Positions 30,268 through 39,699 of a stretch of DNA of 64,000 nt are shown here, piece after piece; within the stretch, counting starts at the first letter, position 1; each line of letters begins with the position of its first letter. The translations under genes were made by a program, and so were the position numbers. The notes below the pieces were generated by a model. That model worked only from the letters and a program-made list of their open reading frames with translations, did not search any database and had not been told where the DNA came from. The DNA lies in the IMG/VR virus record IMGVR_UViG_3300023174_005626, positions 32,001-96,000 of that record; one strand, 5' to 3'. Origin of the DNA: a virus (Duplodnaviria > Caudoviricetes).

Positions 30268-31632
30268 TTAAATATCTTCAATTAGAATATATGATGTTTC
30301 AGTATTCAATAATGGTTGACCTGGATTTGCCATAAAAATACTAAAATAACCTGATGAATCTAAATTACCTGTAAATATAATACCTCCATTAACATAGGTT
30401 GTAACTTTACAAGTTCCGTCTGATTGAATCAAACAATAAACTGAAGGACTTTGTGTTGAGTGGTTTCCATAATATGTTTGTCCTGAACTTACAGGTGTTG
30501 AACCCACTTCGTCAGTTAAAGTAAATGGAACCCCTCCATTAGAAGAAAAACTGTCAAGAGATGAACCTTTAGTTGACCTATTTACTACAATCGTATTTCT
30601 TGATATTGTTGGTGTTGGTGTTTTGGTCGGTGTTTCAGTTGGAGTTTCAGTCATCGTTGGTGTTAAACCAATTGTAACTGATGGCGTTGGAGTTTGTGTT
30701 GGGGTTGATGTATTTGTTGGTGTTTGAGTATTTGTTGGAGTTTGACTTGGTGTTGGTGTTTGTGTAACACATAACGAACCAAATCCAACAACCTCACCTT
30801 GTGAATCCAACTCAACAACATAATTATTAATATAGTCTTGAATAAACCCTGTCATATCAATTGTTGATGGTCCATTAAGTACATTCCAAAATTCTGATGA
30901 TAAATCAAATTCAGGATTGTTTCCATATACAGTTACAGTATTAGTTTGCCAACAAGCATCGTCATTTGTTAATCCTGAATAAACCAAGAAATAATATCTT
31001 GTGTTTGTTGGAGTTGGAGTTTGCGTTGGAGTTTCGGTTGGAGTTTGCGTTGGTGTTTCTGAAGATGTCTGAGTTGGAGTTTGCGTTGGTGTTTCAGTTG
31101 GTGTTGATGTTAAAGTTTCAGTCGGTGTAGGAGTTACTGTGTTTGTTGGTGTTTCAGTTGGTGTTGATGTTAAAGTTTCGGTTGGAGTTGGCGTTTGTGT
31201 TGAAGTTTTAGTTGGAGTTGGTGTAGGTGTTTCTGTTGAGGTAGGTGTTACAGTATTAGTTGGAGTTGGTGTTATGGTTGGAGTAACAGTTTGACTTGCG
31301 GTTTGAGTTGGTGTAATACCCGAAGTAACTGACGGTGTTGGTGTTGAGGTAATCGTTGGCGTTACAGTAGATGTAGGTGTTTCTGATGGTGTTTTTGTTT
31401 GTGTTATAGTTGGTGTTGGTGTTGGTGATGGACACGGAACTTCAACAACATAAGAATAAGCATATGTTGAAACATAACAATCATAAGTTCCATACCAATA
31501 ATCAGTCACATACGTAAACGGAAAAACTTGGTCACCCAAACTAATTGTTCCACCTGTACAAGGAAAGAAAGTAACGTTGGCCGTTTGACCACTTAAGTTA
31601 TCACTAAAAATTGAAACTCCACAATATGACAT
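30268..31632 (-). CDS. Mucin-like (Thr-Pro repeat) modular virion protein
   Basis: About 145-aa and 55-aa TPT tracts; the middle domain is paralogous to that of 29110-30186; TATTTAT at 31638-31644. Confidence 0.7.
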   Translation of the reverse strand: MSYCGVSIFSDNLSGQTANVTFFPCTGGTISLGDQVFPFTYVTDYWYGTYDCYVSTYAYSYVVEVPCPSPTPTPTITQTKTPSETPTSTVTPTITSTPTPSVTSGITPTQTASQTVTPTITPTPTNTVTPTSTETPTPTPTKTSTQTPTPTETLTSTPTETPTNTVTPTPTETLTSTPTETPTQTPTQTSSETPTQTPTETPTQTPTPTNTRYYFLVYSGLTNDDACWQTNTVTVYGNNPEFDLSSEFWNVLNGPSTIDMTGFIQDYINNYVVELDSQGEVVGFGSLCVTQTPTPSQTPTNTQTPTNTSTPTQTPTPSVTIGLTPTMTETPTETPTKTPTPTISRNTIVVNRSTKGSSLDSFSSNGGVPFTLTDEVGSTPVSSGQTYYGNHSTQSPSVYCLIQSDGTCKVTTYVNGGIIFTGNLDSSGYFSIFMANPGQPLLNTETSYILIEDI

Positions 31633-31662
31633 AATATATAAATACTTTAAAAAAATATTTTA

Positions 31663-32211
31663 TTAAAAACAAATACCGATATCTAAAACTTGTCCGTTGG
31701 CAATATTAAATTGTGCCCATCTTGCACCATCAGAAACTATGTTACCAACGAAGACAGGTGGAATTGTACAAGAAGGATTTCCATATACATAATCACCAAT
31801 TTGTAGAGCTTCAAATGGAATTGCACTATAAATTGCAACATTTGTTGGACCATATCCCGCATCACCACAAGCATCCTCAAAATATCCAGCACCCCACAAA
31901 TTATATACAGGAATAAACGTTTGAGTAATACTTGGTGTTGGAGTATGAGTTGGCGTTTGAGTAATACTTGGTGTTCGTGTTGGTGTTATTGTTGGAGTTG
32001 GAGTTATGAAAGAACATATTCCTATGAATACAACAGTCAAGGGGGCTCCACAATCTTGAGCATATAAATCAGACGCACATACATAATGAGAATCTAATGG
32101 GTCAATTGGTGTAACACTAACAATACCAGTACAACCTGTCCAAGCATAATATCCTTGTTGAACGGTGTTATAGTTTGTTATCTTAAAGTAGTTACAGTCT
32201 GTTGTATACAT
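31663..32211 (-). CDS. Short mucin-like modular virion protein
   Basis: Cys-containing N-domain, TPTPTITPT linker, and a C-domain bounded by DAC...C. Confidence 0.65.
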   Translation of the reverse strand: MYTTDCNYFKITNYNTVQQGYYAWTGCTGIVSVTPIDPLDSHYVCASDLYAQDCGAPLTVVFIGICSFITPTPTITPTRTPSITQTPTHTPTPSITQTFIPVYNLWGAGYFEDACGDAGYGPTNVAIYSAIPFEALQIGDYVYGNPSCTIPPVFVGNIVSDGARWAQFNIANGQVLDIGICF

Positions 32212-32222
32212 TTATATTAAAT

Positions 32223-34229
32223 TTAACTTGGGGTTATTGTAGGTGTTATTGTTGGTGTCGGTGTTAGACAGTTATACATTTCATATCCCAAATCATTACA
32301 AGGTAGTGATAGGTATGTTAAATCAGGACAAAGTAATATTGTTGGTACTAGGTCATTACTAGGTATCACAATTCTACAGTTAGGACAATCAGGGTCTAAT
32401 AATCCGTATCTATTCTTCAGAATTCTGAAGTTATGTTTAATCTGAGAAGCGTTGAGTGGTTCAAGATACATTCTAAATGCACTTACATCCCCAATTAAAC
32501 TACCACCAAAAATCTCTTCAAGTTTTATATGTGTTGTTAATCCTGAATAAATTGTGTTATCTAAATCATTTGTCGTCAAACATTCAGGGTCTTGTTGGTA
32601 TACAATATCATCAACGGTTTCAGGGCAACCTCCCGAAAAAGTTAGGTTGTCATGTAAACCTTGTGTACCACCACCAACTGAAATGTTATAACCTACACCA
32701 ATTTGTCTTTCTTTTGGTGTGTTTAATAACCTTGGTATAATCTCTTCAAAATCTTCTGCAACCATGAATAGTCTACCGTTAACGTAAAACTTCAATGTAC
32801 CCAATCTGTATTTTTCTTCTTCGGTCCACATGTCATTGAACTTAACAACTTCTGTTGTTGCTGGGTCGTAAGGCTGTTCGTGAGTCAATGGAGGTTCAAT
32901 AAGACTCACACTATTATTCGCTGGTGTTGCCGTGAAAATTGTGTTAACAATTAATCCTAATCCACCTTTTTCATATAGGTCACAAGTATCTAACCATTGG
33001 TTTCTTTGGAATACCGCGTCAATCTGAACCCAATGTTCAACGTTTGGATATGTTGTTTGAATACAATCATGGAAAATACCTCTTGTTGAACACCACTCAC
33101 TTATTGTGACTCCCGTTTGATAAGTAAGACCTGTAAGACAAGTTCCCGAATGTTCACAGTGACCAGTGATTCTATAGGTTTTGACACATAATCTTGGGTT
33201 TCCTGTGTCACCACTTAATCTCAATGAAAGGGCATTTGACACACCATCATATAATGGGTCAGTTTCAGGATACTTTACGGTTACGGTACAATTACAAGGA
33301 CATCCGCAATTGCAATTTGTTGATGTTCCTCCTGATTGTTGGTAAACATGTATACAACTATGTTCCGCGGTTTTACCTGTTTGTTCACATTCACAAGTGT
33401 GCATACAAGTCAAACCTGAAGTTACTCTTGTATATCCTGTATCTTGTTTTGGACTTCCGTCAGGATAGTGGTAGAATTTATTCTCAGCTCTTGCTCCCAT
33501 ATAAAAGAAGGTACCTTTATTATTCGGATATCTTTTATTTAATCCTGTGTCAGTATTTCCTGTCCATCTATATTTCAACATGAATTCTGCAGTCCAACCT
33601 AATGAAACTCTTTGAGGAAAAACTTGATAATCATATCCTGGTATTTTATAAAACCCTTGGAAGAATCCTCCATCAAGTCTAGCGAAATAACCAACAGAAT
33701 CTCCATTTGTTTCATAATTTAAATCATATGTATACGAATCATCATTCCATAATCTATTACTTGAGGTTGTGAATCCTGTGATAGGATGCATTTTCATTCT
33801 CCTATCGTATTTGTATCTATTGTAAGTGTCTGCTGAGGTTGTATATAACCCTGTTGTAATTTCAATGGTTTCACCAGACATTTTTTTAGTCAATCCGTTA
33901 TCAATACCTGTCAAACCAACATCACACAATTCAGTTACAACAGGACAAAAATTAGGGTCAACATAGTCTGGATTCCAATAATTTTCAGAAACAATAACAT
34001 CATTATCAAAACTACAAGAATTGGTTTGACAAATTGTTGTTGCAGAATTATTGAAGTCAAATTTGAATGGCATTCTATTCCCATCATCTTCACCAATTAA
34101 AAGTGGTGAGAATACAACCTCTTGGTCATAATCTTTTTCGTCTGATGCAAGGCAAATGTCCGTTATTTCATTGAACGGAATTAGTCCCCATCTCCTAAAA
34201 TTATATTGATTAATGTTTTGGTATGCCAT
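32223..34229 (-). CDS. Cys-rich LamG/ConA-like virion protein with a TP tail
   Basis: GWTAEF, LKFYVNGRL and FRMYLEPLNASQIKHNF are LamG-like; CNCGCPCNC insert; ends in TPTPTITPTITPS. Confidence 0.6.
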   Translation of the reverse strand: MAYQNINQYNFRRWGLIPFNEITDICLASDEKDYDQEVVFSPLLIGEDDGNRMPFKFDFNNSATTICQTNSCSFDNDVIVSENYWNPDYVDPNFCPVVTELCDVGLTGIDNGLTKKMSGETIEITTGLYTTSADTYNRYKYDRRMKMHPITGFTTSSNRLWNDDSYTYDLNYETNGDSVGYFARLDGGFFQGFYKIPGYDYQVFPQRVSLGWTAEFMLKYRWTGNTDTGLNKRYPNNKGTFFYMGARAENKFYHYPDGSPKQDTGYTRVTSGLTCMHTCECEQTGKTAEHSCIHVYQQSGGTSTNCNCGCPCNCTVTVKYPETDPLYDGVSNALSLRLSGDTGNPRLCVKTYRITGHCEHSGTCLTGLTYQTGVTISEWCSTRGIFHDCIQTTYPNVEHWVQIDAVFQRNQWLDTCDLYEKGGLGLIVNTIFTATPANNSVSLIEPPLTHEQPYDPATTEVVKFNDMWTEEEKYRLGTLKFYVNGRLFMVAEDFEEIIPRLLNTPKERQIGVGYNISVGGGTQGLHDNLTFSGGCPETVDDIVYQQDPECLTTNDLDNTIYSGLTTHIKLEEIFGGSLIGDVSAFRMYLEPLNASQIKHNFRILKNRYGLLDPDCPNCRIVIPSNDLVPTILLCPDLTYLSLPCNDLGYEMYNCLTPTPTITPTITPS

Positions 34230-34238
34230 AAACTAATG

Positions 34239-34265
34239 ATAAATACCTTGTATCAGAGTATTTAT
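34239..34265. promoter_or_regulatory. Back-to-back divergent TATTTAT late promoters
   Basis: ATAAATA at 34239-34245 serves the minus-strand gene at 34229; TATTTAT at 34259-34265 serves the plus-strand gene at 34282. Confidence 0.65.
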
Positions 34266-34281
34266 AGATTAAAAAGAAGAG

Positions 34282-35106
34282 ATGATTACCACAGATAAAG
34301 AATTTTATTCATCACCATATTATTTTTTCCTTAGAGATAAGGGAAAAGATTATTCTTTATACTTCTCGGTTGAAGAAACTTTAACTGAAGCAAGAAAAAA
34401 AGATGAGATGATTAAAGTACCAAAAGATAAGGTTAAACATGTTAAAGCATATTTGGAAAAGTTATTAAAGGGAAAAAAGAAAAAATCAACAAAAGATGTT
34501 TCAGGTGAGTTAGAAGAACTTGTTAACTTGGATGGTGCGATATCAAATAGTAAAATTCCAATCCTTGACCCTAAGCTTCATCCAAGAAAAACTATGGACC
34601 AAACTGTTGCAGCGGCAAGAATTACAAACGACCCAATATCTCGTGGATATAGAACATATTATGGTGAGTCAGTAGAAGAAGAAGTTAGTGAAATAGATAT
34701 GTCAAAAGCATTTGGTTACGAAGAAACTGAAGATATGGATGGTAAAGAAACTTTTGACTACATGGTTGATGAATTAGAAATGGAACCTGAAGAGGCAATA
34801 GATAGAACTGAACAACAAGGTAAAGACCCATCAGGAAAGAAAGATAAAAAGTCAGAATATTACCACGACAAGAATTTTATTACAAGAGCAACATTATCTG
34901 AGATTCAAAAACAAAAAGCAATCAAAATGGTTGAGGATTTGTTAATGAAGAAAAAAAATACAGATAACTCTGAGGTTGGTAAAAAAGAGTCTAGCTCTAA
35001 AGAAGCGTCAAATATTCTAAAAAAGAATCTTAAGTCTCTTCTTAAACAGATGGATAAAGAAGGATTATCAAGAAAAGATATTCTTAAACTATTAGACGGT
35101 GAATAA
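34282..35106 (+). CDS. Hypothetical late (probably head-associated) protein
   Basis: 274 aa, highly charged, late motif upstream, with LTE/VSE/LSE sites. Confidence 0.5.
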   Translation: MITTDKEFYSSPYYFFLRDKGKDYSLYFSVEETLTEARKKDEMIKVPKDKVKHVKAYLEKLLKGKKKKSTKDVSGELEELVNLDGAISNSKIPILDPKLHPRKTMDQTVAAARITNDPISRGYRTYYGESVEEEVSEIDMSKAFGYEETEDMDGKETFDYMVDELEMEPEEAIDRTEQQGKDPSGKKDKKSEYYHDKNFITRATLSEIQKQKAIKMVEDLLMKKKNTDNSEVGKKESSSKEASNILKKNLKSLLKQMDKEGLSRKDILKLLDGE

Positions 35107-35575
35107 AGATTTATATAACTCGGCCAAAGGTGAGATAGAATTTCCTCAAGACAAACAGGAACATATGAGAGTATGTTTCCATATGGTAAAAAATGCCGAT
35201 GAAAACACCGAGGGATATAACAGAAATAAAGAACTTCAAGTACAATCGTTCATTGATTACAAACAATTAAAAAGAATTAAAAACTTTTTTGATAATTTCA
35301 AAGGAAGTGAAAAGCATCCATCGTTTATTTTGAACGGAGGTGTGGTTATTAAAAACTGGGTTAATGATGAACTTAGAAAAATGAGAGACTACACTAAAAT
35401 GACAAAAAGAAATAAAATGGATACAGGGATGCAAAATCAATTTTTGGACCCTCATCAAAAGAAAGATTTTAATAATGTAAGACCATCTCAAGAACATTCA
35501 AAAACTGTGGATAAATACAATGCGGCAGTCACTGAAAGTTTAAAGAGAATAAATGAATTAATATCAAAAATATAA
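35099..35575 (+). CDS. Hypothetical protein
   Basis: 158-aa ORF overlapping the upstream gene; ends in VTESLKRINELI. Confidence 0.55.
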   Translation: MNKDLYNSAKGEIEFPQDKQEHMRVCFHMVKNADENTEGYNRNKELQVQSFIDYKQLKRIKNFFDNFKGSEKHPSFILNGGVVIKNWVNDELRKMRDYTKMTKRNKMDTGMQNQFLDPHQKKDFNNVRPSQEHSKTVDKYNAAVTESLKRINELISKI

Positions 35576-35579
35576 AAAC

Positions 35580-35873
35580 ATGGCACTAGAAATCGCAGTT
35601 GATTTAACACAAAATGAACCAAACGCACTAACAGCTGTTGCTGATATGGAAAGAGCTAAATTAATCCCAAGAAATGATTACAACGAAGTTGGTAATCAAT
35701 ATTCCGTAGTAAACCGTGACGCTTTGGCTGACGGGGATGCTAAAGGAAGAGGTACTGGTATTTTTTTAGATGTTTATAATGCAAATGCTGGAACAATTAC
35801 TGATGTAGTTGAAAGAAAAAATGAAATTAAAATAAACAATTACAATTCTTCAAAACCATATCCTAATTTCTAA
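35580..35873 (+). CDS. Hypothetical protein
   Basis: 97-aa ORF within the operon. Confidence 0.55.
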   Translation: MALEIAVDLTQNEPNALTAVADMERAKLIPRNDYNEVGNQYSVVNRDALADGDAKGRGTGIFLDVYNANAGTITDVVERKNEIKINNYNSSKPYPNF

Positions 35874-36283
35874 TGAAATTAACTGAATCACTTAAAGGTT
35901 TAATATGCGAAATTGCGGCAATTGATGACATAATTAATGCCATCAAAAATAAGCATAAAGTAGTAATTTACTATGATGGTGATGAACCAGGTGGTAGAGG
36001 CATTAGAGAGATTGAGCCAGTGTGTTTAGGTATGAGTAAAGCGGGAAATAAGGTATTAAGAGCTTGGGATATGGAGGGTTCTTCTCACACTGATTATACA
36101 GGTGAACAACCTTTACCAGGATGGAGACTTTTTAGGTTAGATAAAATTTTGTCTCACAAACCAACTGGTGAAGTTTACTATGAACCTAAACCAGGTTATA
36201 ATTTTAATGGTGACAAAAGCATGGTTAACGTAATAATAAATGCAAAATTCGGAAACGAAGGTCCACAACAAAACTTAGCTTAA
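35873..36283 (+). CDS. Stand-alone WYL-domain protein
   Basis: VVIYY..REIEPVCLG..LRAWD..WRLFRLDKI. Confidence 0.8.
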   Translation: MKLTESLKGLICEIAAIDDIINAIKNKHKVVIYYDGDEPGGRGIREIEPVCLGMSKAGNKVLRAWDMEGSSHTDYTGEQPLPGWRLFRLDKILSHKPTGEVYYEPKPGYNFNGDKSMVNVIINAKFGNEGPQQNLA

Positions 36284-36287
36284 TATT

Positions 36288-36920
36288 ATGAATGAAAACG
36301 ATTTAATGAGTAGATTGGTAGCGTCAAAGGCTATTATGGATAATCCAAAATTTACTAAAAGCAGAAATACAATGAATGACGGATTACCTCCAACATCTTT
36401 ACAAGATTTTGACGTACCTAATGCAAAATATAATATTCCTCAGGAATTCTTACAAGAATCTCCATCAATGAGTCAACCTTATTTATCTGAACTTCCTAAA
36501 GTTAATACAAAACCAGTTGGTGTACCAAGTGTTGATGCAATAAAAAGTTCTAAATTACCTGATGAGATTAAAAGATTAATGATTGAACACCCAATTGCAC
36601 AAGCACAACAACAAGGAGGAGGAGCGACATTATCTGATGATTTAATTGAGAGAGCATCAAGACTAATGAAAAATGAAAATTCAAACAACTATATTCCTGA
36701 GTCTATTAAACCCAAAGCACAACAACAACCTCAAACACAACCTACATCACAAATTGATTATAAGTTAATTAAAAAAATGATTAGAGAAGCTGTTGATGAA
36801 GCATTACAAGAAAATGGATTAATGGTTGAGAGTAGTGAAAAGGCTAACGAGATGTTAAGTTTTAAAGTTGGAAAACACCTTTTTGAAGGTAAAGTAACAA
36901 AAATCAAAAAATTACTTTAA
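36288..36920 (+). CDS. Hypothetical protein
   Basis: 210 aa with a Q/P-rich linker; SKLPDEIKRLMIEHPI and IKKMIREAVDEAL. Confidence 0.55.
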   Translation: MNENDLMSRLVASKAIMDNPKFTKSRNTMNDGLPPTSLQDFDVPNAKYNIPQEFLQESPSMSQPYLSELPKVNTKPVGVPSVDAIKSSKLPDEIKRLMIEHPIAQAQQQGGGATLSDDLIERASRLMKNENSNNYIPESIKPKAQQQPQTQPTSQIDYKLIKKMIREAVDEALQENGLMVESSEKANEMLSFKVGKHLFEGKVTKIKKLL

Positions 36921-36975
36921 GGCATTTTCTTATTGGATATAAATTATTATATTTCTTTAAATATATTAATAATTT

Positions 36976-38187
36976 ATGTCTAAAATCAATGTACTAGTCG
37001 TACCCTCCGATAGAACTGGAGTTGGTAAATTTAGGTCTATAGACCCTCACATTTTTCTTCAAAACTTATATCCTGAAGATTTCCATATAGACATCATATA
37101 TGATGTCGCATATGACGATTTGGAATTCTTTAAAAAGTATCAAATAGTTTCTTTTCATAGAAGTATTGGTCCTGATTTTGAAAGAGCTAATCAGTTAATT
37201 CTCAAATTAAATGAACTTGGTATTGCCACTGTTGGTGATATTGATGATTATTGGATGCCAGGTAAAGAACATCCAATTCACGATGTTATCAGATTTAATA
37301 AAATCAATGAAAAAATTGTTGCAAACTTAAAAATTGCAAAATATGTTTCAACTACAACATCATTATTTGCTGATGAAATAATGAAAATGAATAAAAATGT
37401 TGTGGTGTTTCCTAACGCAGTTAACCCAAAAGAATCTCAATTTAAAGAACCAACACCTGAATCAGATAGATTAAGGATTGGATGGTTAGGTGGTTCGTCT
37501 CACTTACATGATTTGCAATTATTAGACCAATCATTTAGTAAGTTAGGTTCAATTAGTGATAAATTACAATATGTCCTTTGTGGATTTGATACAAGAGGAA
37601 CTGTTACTGAAATTAATTCTCAAACAGGAGAACATGTTAAAAGAAATATCACACCTGAAGAAACTGTATGGGCATCATACGAAAAAATATTTACTCAAAA
37701 CTATTCAACTATTTCTGAAGACTATAAAAAGTTTTTAGAAAAATACGTACAAGAATCTTACCCTAACGAAAATGATGAGGCATATGTTAGAGTTTGGACT
37801 AGACCTGTACAATCATATGCTAAGAATTATTCAAAATTTGATGTATCTTTGGCACCAATCAAAAACCACATGTTCAATAGAATGAAATCTCAATTAAAAG
37901 TTATTGAAGCTGGTTTCTATAAAAAAGCAATTATTGCATCAAATGTTGGTCCATATACTTTAGACTTAAAACATTGTTTAGACCATGGTAATTTTGTTGA
38001 TGGGAACGCATTATTAGTTGATGAAAATAGAAATCACTCTGATTGGGCTAAATTCATTGATAAATTGGTAAAAAACCCAAACATGGTAAAAGATATGGGC
38101 GAAAGATTATATGAGACTGTAAAAGACACATATGATTTAAATGTTGTAACAAAAGCAAGAGCAGAATTTTATAAATCAATCGTATGA
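36976..38187 (+). CDS. GT-B (GT4-like) glycosyltransferase
   Basis: DIDDYW, IGWLGGSSHLHDL, DVSLAPI..FNRMKSQLKVIEAG..IASNVGPY. Confidence 0.85.
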   Translation: MSKINVLVVPSDRTGVGKFRSIDPHIFLQNLYPEDFHIDIIYDVAYDDLEFFKKYQIVSFHRSIGPDFERANQLILKLNELGIATVGDIDDYWMPGKEHPIHDVIRFNKINEKIVANLKIAKYVSTTTSLFADEIMKMNKNVVVFPNAVNPKESQFKEPTPESDRLRIGWLGGSSHLHDLQLLDQSFSKLGSISDKLQYVLCGFDTRGTVTEINSQTGEHVKRNITPEETVWASYEKIFTQNYSTISEDYKKFLEKYVQESYPNENDEAYVRVWTRPVQSYAKNYSKFDVSLAPIKNHMFNRMKSQLKVIEAGFYKKAIIASNVGPYTLDLKHCLDHGNFVDGNALLVDENRNHSDWAKFIDKLVKNPNMVKDMGERLYETVKDTYDLNVVTKARAEFYKSIV

Positions 38188-38888
38188 TAAATAATATACC
38201 ATTAAACAAATTTTTATTCTTAGATATTGAAACAGTTGGATGCGAATCTAATTGGGAAAACTTTAAGAAAAATAAAAAAGAACTTTCATTTCAATTTGAA
38301 CACATTCAAGATAATCTTAGAAAAAGATTTCCTGAGGAATCTGATACACCTATTGAACAATTGTTTGTAAATAGGGCTGCTTTAGTTCCTGAATTTTTAA
38401 AGATAGTTTGTGTTAGTGTTGCATTTGTTATGGATGATGGAACAGTTAAACTACAATCTTTTCATAGTGAAGATGAAGGTAAACTACTTCAAGATGTGCA
38501 AAAATTATTAAATCGTACAGGTGATTTAGGATTCTACTTGTGTGGCCATAATGTTAAGGGATTTGATATTCCAACACTGGCTAAACGTATGATGATGTAC
38601 GGATTAGAACCACCAAAATTATTACCAAGTTATGATACAAAACCTTGGGAAGTTAAAGCGATTGACACTAAAGACATATGGCAATATGGTGGATATGGTC
38701 AATTTGCATCTCTTGAACTAATGTGTGTTTGTATGGGTGTTGAGTCATCTAAAAATACAGAAGTAACAGGGAATAGAGTTCATGAGGCGTATTGGATAGA
38801 TAAAAACATTGAGGGTATTGTAAAATATTGTGAGAAAGATGTTGAAGTTTTGATAGATATAATTAAAAAATTAAAACAATTAAAATGA
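38184..38888 (+). CDS. 3'-5' exonuclease (PolB-exo/DEDD family)
   Basis: FLDIET, GHNVKGFDIP, YCEKDV. Confidence 0.85.
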   Translation: MINNIPLNKFLFLDIETVGCESNWENFKKNKKELSFQFEHIQDNLRKRFPEESDTPIEQLFVNRAALVPEFLKIVCVSVAFVMDDGTVKLQSFHSEDEGKLLQDVQKLLNRTGDLGFYLCGHNVKGFDIPTLAKRMMMYGLEPPKLLPSYDTKPWEVKAIDTKDIWQYGGYGQFASLELMCVCMGVESSKNTEVTGNRVHEAYWIDKNIEGIVKYCEKDVEVLIDIIKKLKQLK

Positions 38889-39514
38889 TGCAAGAAACTA
38901 ATAGAGAAGAAGAATCTGATTTATGGAAACAGGTTCAAGAACAATTTGAAAAATTAAAATTACAAACAGGTATTGAATCTGACGAGGCTTACCAAAAAGA
39001 ACTTGATGAAATACTTGGATTAACCGATGAAGATTTTAAAGAAATGGATGAAAGTACAACGTTACTATTATCAAGAAAAAATGTTCAAGTTCAATTGTTG
39101 GACAATCTCGCAGTTTATCCAAAATATGCTTACCCAACAGATTCTGGTTTTGATTTACATTCTACAATAGAATACACTTTACCATCTCTTGGTAGAGCCA
39201 TAATTCCAACAGGAATTAAAGTATCTTTTGATGAAGGTTTGGAATTACAAATTAGACCCAAGAGTGGTTTAGCAATCAATCAAGGAATTACCGTTTTAAA
39301 CACACCTGGTACTGTAGATGCAGGATATACAGGAGAACTCAAAGTAATTGTTTTTAACACAAACAAGAATGATTTTACAATTACAAAAGGTATGAAGATT
39401 GCTCAAGCGGTTTTTGCACCTGTAATAAACGGTAGACACATTAACTTTCAAACGGTTAGTGAAGTAGAAAAAAAAGATAGAGGTAATAATGGTTTTGGTA
39501 GTACAGGTATTTAA
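38885..39514 (+). CDS. dut: Trimeric dUTPase with an acidic N-terminal extension
   Basis: SGFDL, RPKSGLA, PGTVDAGYTGE, KIAQ, RGNNGFGSTG. Confidence 0.93.
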   Translation: MMQETNREEESDLWKQVQEQFEKLKLQTGIESDEAYQKELDEILGLTDEDFKEMDESTTLLLSRKNVQVQLLDNLAVYPKYAYPTDSGFDLHSTIEYTLPSLGRAIIPTGIKVSFDEGLELQIRPKSGLAINQGITVLNTPGTVDAGYTGELKVIVFNTNKNDFTITKGMKIAQAVFAPVINGRHINFQTVSEVEKKDRGNNGFGSTGI

Positions 39515-39528
39515 GTTAAGCTTATTTT

Positions 39529-39699
39529 ATGGGAAAGTATTACGAAAATTTATCAACCTTAATAGAACTTATAAATAAATTAGATAAAAAAAATATTTTA
39601 GCAGAATTTATTTTGGACTGTATTGTCATGGCAAAAGACGCTCCTGACAAATCACCACATGAAATAATAAAAGAGGCGAAGAAAAAAAGACTCAAATAA
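39529..39699 (+). CDS. Small hypothetical protein (56 aa)
   Basis: Not in the ORF track; MGKYYENLSTLIELINKLDKKNILAEFILDC...KKRLK* fills the gap and its stop overlaps the next ATG. Confidence 0.5.
   Translation: MGKYYENLSTLIELINKLDKKNILAEFILDCIVMAKDAPDKSPHEIIKEAKKKRLK

Noticed and set aside
33194-33583. Short alternative-frame ORFs inside long genes (e.g. 33194, 22635, 47517)
   Set aside because: They are nested in well-supported genes and lack motifs or expression signals.
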